Of a stretch of 38,896 nt of DNA, positions 38,079 to 38,896 are shown one piece after another. A program made the translations under genes and the position numbers. The DNA comes from Sulfuricurvum sp. (lineage in GTDB: Bacteria > Campylobacterota > Campylobacteria > Campylobacterales > Sulfurimonadaceae), in NCBI GenBank assembly GCA_030679635.1, contig JAUXSZ010000177.1, forward strand, positions 1 to 38,896, given 5' to 3'. The notes beneath the pieces were generated by a model that had not been told where the DNA came from, did not search any database, and saw only the letters and a program-made list of their open reading frames with translations. Positions within the stretch are counted from its first letter, which is position 1. Each line of letters starts with the position of its first letter.

Positions 38079-38896
38079 ATGGAATTTCACATTGATGCCA
38101 CCTGCGGTAACGCTAGAGCATGTACGATTACTACGGCCCATTCTACGATTCAAACGCCTATTTTTATGCCGGTGGGAACGGTAGGATCGGTCAAAGGGCT
38201 TGATATGGCCGACATGACCGATATCTTGGAGGCCCAAATCATCCTCGCGAATACGTATCATATGTATCTGCGTCCCGGCGATGAGACGGTAGCCCAATTG
38301 GGCGGATTGCACAACTACACAACCTATCCGAAGAGTTTTTTGACCGACAGCGGCGGTTTTCAGGCATTTAGTCTCAGTGACATCTCCAAACCGACCGAAT
38401 CGGGAATCCAGTTCAAAAGCCATATTGACGGTTCCATGCACTTTTTTACCCCCGAAAAAGTGATCGACATTCAAAACAATCTGGGCAGCGACATTATGAT
38501 GATTCTTGACGATCTCGTCGCCCTCCCCGCTACCCAAGAACGGATCAAAACCTCGATTGAGCGGACAACGCAGTGGGCAAAACAGTCCATAGAGTATTTT
38601 CGTCACAAACAATCTCTGGGGATCGGTACACACCAAAATATTTTCGCCATTATCCAAGGGGGGACTGATCTGGCTTTTCGTACCCAGTCGGCCACTGAAT
38701 TATGTGCACTGGATTTTGATGGATTTGCGATCGGCGGACTTTCCGTCGGTGAAGCCAATAACCTGATGTACGATACCGTAGAACACACTACCCCCTTGAT
38801 GCCCGTCAATAAACCGCGCTATTTGATGGGTGTCGGAACGCCTGAGGATCTGGTTGAAAACATAGAACGGGGTGTCGATATGTTCGACTGCGTGAT
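38079..38896 (+). CDS. tgt: Queuine tRNA-ribosyltransferase, 3' end outside the window
   Basis: Manual translation: [59 protein letters not shown]. Confidence 0.95.
   Translation, partial: MEFHIDATCGNARACTITTAHSTIQTPIFMPVGTVGSVKGLDMADMTDILEAQIILANTYHMYLRPGDETVAQLGGLHNYTTYPKSFLTDSGGFQAFSLSDISKPTESGIQFKSHIDGSMHFFTPEKVIDIQNNLGSDIMMILDDLVALPATQERIKTSIERTTQWAKQSIEYFRHKQSLGIGTHQNIFAIIQGGTDLAFRTQSATELCALDFDGFAIGGLSVGEANNLMYDTVEHTTPLMPVNKPRYLMGVGTPEDLVENIERGVDMFDCV

Noticed and set aside
38043-38809. Minus-strand ORFs 38043-38657 and 38603-38809
   Set aside because: Antisense shadows of tgt.
1-38896. CRISPR arrays, tRNA/rRNA genes, transposases or integrases
   Set aside because: None seen; intergenic gaps are short and the long, well-supported ORFs all have other assignments.

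Overview
Gene-dense window, most likely from a chemolithotrophic Campylobacterota genome (Sulfuricurvum/Sulfurimonas-like; inferred from the hydABCDE order, the HydE homologue and TGnTATAAT promoters). Left (1-5727): a lipoate ligase gene cut by the window edge, divergent from an acsA-pdhA-pdhB-pdhC-ACP operon with no E3 in view. Next (5817-13527): a PAS kinase / REC / REC-PAS-PAS-GAF-HD-GYP signalling operon, arfB, and a stress/repair-type run (host-attachment/baeRF12 protein, AmmeMemoRadiSam radical SAM, one-Cys DksA-like protein, PIMT, zinc-ribbon MscL). Centre (13541-32133): about 18.6 kb of minus-strand hydrogen-metabolism genes with two [NiFe]-hydrogenases, the full hyp set, a nickel transporter and a Tat-signal SQR-type flavoprotein. 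Right: ADP-ribosylglycohydrolase, a small ORF, recQ, a Cache-PAS-GGDEF(degenerate)-EAL protein and a truncated tgt. The stand-out is the second hydrogenase. Its large subunit has group 1-type motifs, but its small subunit is fused behind a NirB-like FAD/NAD(P)H oxidoreductase and a BFD [2Fe-2S] domain. It retains an inactivated internal Tat leader (RR to SR), has lost its membrane anchor, has no adjacent cytochrome b and has a Cys-to-Asn proximal cluster. It looks like a periplasmic uptake hydrogenase re-purposed as a cytoplasmic, possibly NADP-linked enzyme.
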